Shown piece after piece: positions 62,273 through 64,000 of a DNA stretch of 64,000 nt; positions within the stretch are counted from its first letter, which is position 1; each line of letters starts with the position of its first letter. The notes under the pieces are model-generated. The model searched no databases. It had not been told where the DNA came from and worked only from the letters and a program-made list of their open reading frames with translations. The translations under genes were made by a program, and so were the position numbers. The DNA is from Tubiluchus corallicola (lineage: Eukaryota; Animalia; Priapulida): NCBI GenBank assembly GCA_030141605.1, contig JAQGDQ010000333.1, positions 197,803-261,802 of the forward strand, read 5' to 3'.

Positions 62273-62711
62273 GGCCATGCAGCTACGTTCCAATATATAT
62301 TCATACCTACGTTCAACCTACGTTCATATATACATTCCAATATTTCCTAGATAAATTAGATTAAAAATTATATATCTTTTATATATATATATATATCATT
62401 TGAAGGAATATATCAGCATATCTACAACGGGTTGTTCCAGTATTATATACTTGCTTATTTACTTATATTGTTTACTAGAATGGTGCTATCAAGAATATGT
62501 ATGGATGTATAAAAATTCCGTTATATTTTACAAGTAAATAAAGCTGTATTCAGTTTAGTAAGTATATAAGCTGTATTGGATTTCAATATCAGGATGGCAA
62601 AGAAACAAAAAAAAAAAATTTTAAAGGAGCAGTCAACAAAACTCAACAATAGTTTGGTAAGCATACCTGATGCTGACAGGAGACAGAGCACCTGAGGGCA
62701 GGTGCAGTTTT

Positions 62712-62724
62712 AAGAAAGGGGGAA
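62712..62724 (+). other. Polypurine tract
   Basis: AAGAAAGGGGGAA one base before the 3' LTR TG. Confidence 0.88.
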
Positions 62725-62725
62725 T

Positions 62726-64000
62726 TGTAATATTCTCTAAAAAAAATATAATCATCGGAATTTTAATATTGTTTACACGCACTATGGACGCAGCCATTAT
62801 GGATGCTCTTATGTTATGCACATCTTCGCTATTCGGCGAGCACACCAGATGCTGACCGAAAGATAAACACAGGGCGATGAAACTTTAGAACCCGGTGAAT
62901 TCCCGGTTTGGAAAACAAGAAAATAAAAACAAAAAGGATCAAACATAAGCTGATAAATTAGATTAAATGTAGACAAACATATGCGCTGTTAAAAAAAGAG
63001 CAAAACAAATTGATGAAATTATAATTAGAAGACTGAAAGTAACAAAGTGTAATGAACAGCCCACCCCTCGGTTACAATGCACAATCCAGGGTAACTTAGC
63101 GACGCCGACGCTCAGGCGGCTATATAAAGGGAGGGCCAGGCCATTGACCACACACATCCGAACATTTTCAAAGTGATAAAGAGCTACAGCAACTGAAGAT
63201 TCATCTAAACATGGAAAAGAAGCAGGATGAGAAGTAAGTTTTAACTTACTAGATAAAGCTAGCTTTCAAAACTAGCTAGGATGTGTCAGGAATCTAGAAC
63301 CTAGAAAAGAGTTCCAGAAATGAAAAGAGTTCCAGAAACACTAGGTTCTAGAAACCAAAAGAGAAGCTAGAAAAGGGTTTCAGGATTAAAGCAGTTGCAG
63401 AGACAAAAAGAGTTCCAGGAAAATCCAAGATTTAAAAGAGTTGCTGAGAGTTCCAGGAAAATCCAAGATTTAAAAGAGTTGCTGAGAGTTCCAGGAAAAT
63501 CCAAGATCAAAAGAGTTCCAGTAATTTCCAGGAATTAAAAGAGTTCCAGTAATTTCCAGGAATTAAAAGAGTTGCAGAAATTTCCTGGAATTAAAAGAGT
63601 TGCAGAAATTTCCTGGAATTAAAAGAGTTGCAGAAATTTCCTGGAATTAAAAGAGTTGCAGAAATTTCCTGGAATTAAAAGAGTTGCAGAAAATTCTTGG
63701 AATGAAAGAGTTCCAGAATTAAAAGAGTTGCAGAATTAAAAGAGTTCCAGGAATTAAAAGAGTTCCAGAATTAAAAGAGTTGCAGAATAGAAGAGTTCCA
63801 GAATAAAAGAGTTCCAGGATTAAAAGAGTTGCAGAATAGAAGAGTTCCAGAATTAAAAGAGTTGCAGAATTGAAAAGAGTTGCAGAATAGAAGAGTTCCA
63901 GAATTAAAAGAGTTGCAGAATTGAAAAGAGTTGCAGAATTGAAAAGAGTTGCAGAATTTAAAGAGTTGCAGAACTTAAAGAGTTGCAGAATTTAAAGAGT
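62726..64000 (+). repeat. 3' LTR (truncated by the window end), minisatellite from ~63305
   Basis: Matches 53327 onward with about five substitutions and two homopolymer-length differences in the first ~680 bp. Confidence 0.95.

Larger units (their letters stand above)
53327..64000 (+). mobile_element. Ty3/Gypsy LTR retrotransposon, near full length (3' LTR runs off the window)
   Basis: LTR-PBS-gag-pol(PR-RT-RH-IN)-ORF3-PPT-LTR order; near-identical LTRs starting TGTAATATTC at 53327 and 62726. Confidence 0.97.

Overview
AT-rich eukaryotic (most likely invertebrate animal) genomic DNA. Bases 1836-51149 (+) carry a complete IFT140 gene; I traced 31 coding exons by hand into a continuous 1481-aa reading frame, with one GC-AG intron. 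Two antisense genes sit in its introns: an intronless class A GPCR (intron 21) and a two-exon tandem-GNAT acetyltransferase (intron 24). The introns also hold Tigger/pogo-like and hAT-like MITEs, a HINE-like element, LINE/Harbinger/THAP remnants and a 60-bp minisatellite. From 53327 to the window end lies a young Ty3/Gypsy LTR retrotransposon with ~1.9-kb minisatellite-bearing LTRs, a tRNA-Pro PBS and a G_UUA_AAC + pseudoknot -1 frameshift signal. The most interesting signal is its third ORF at the env position. It is not an envelope but a C2H2 zinc-finger/coiled-coil protein, and it joins in frame to an ATG mini-exon inside the LTR, which suggests a spliced accessory gene like those of complex retroviruses. 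All calls come from reading the sequence by eye; no searches were run.
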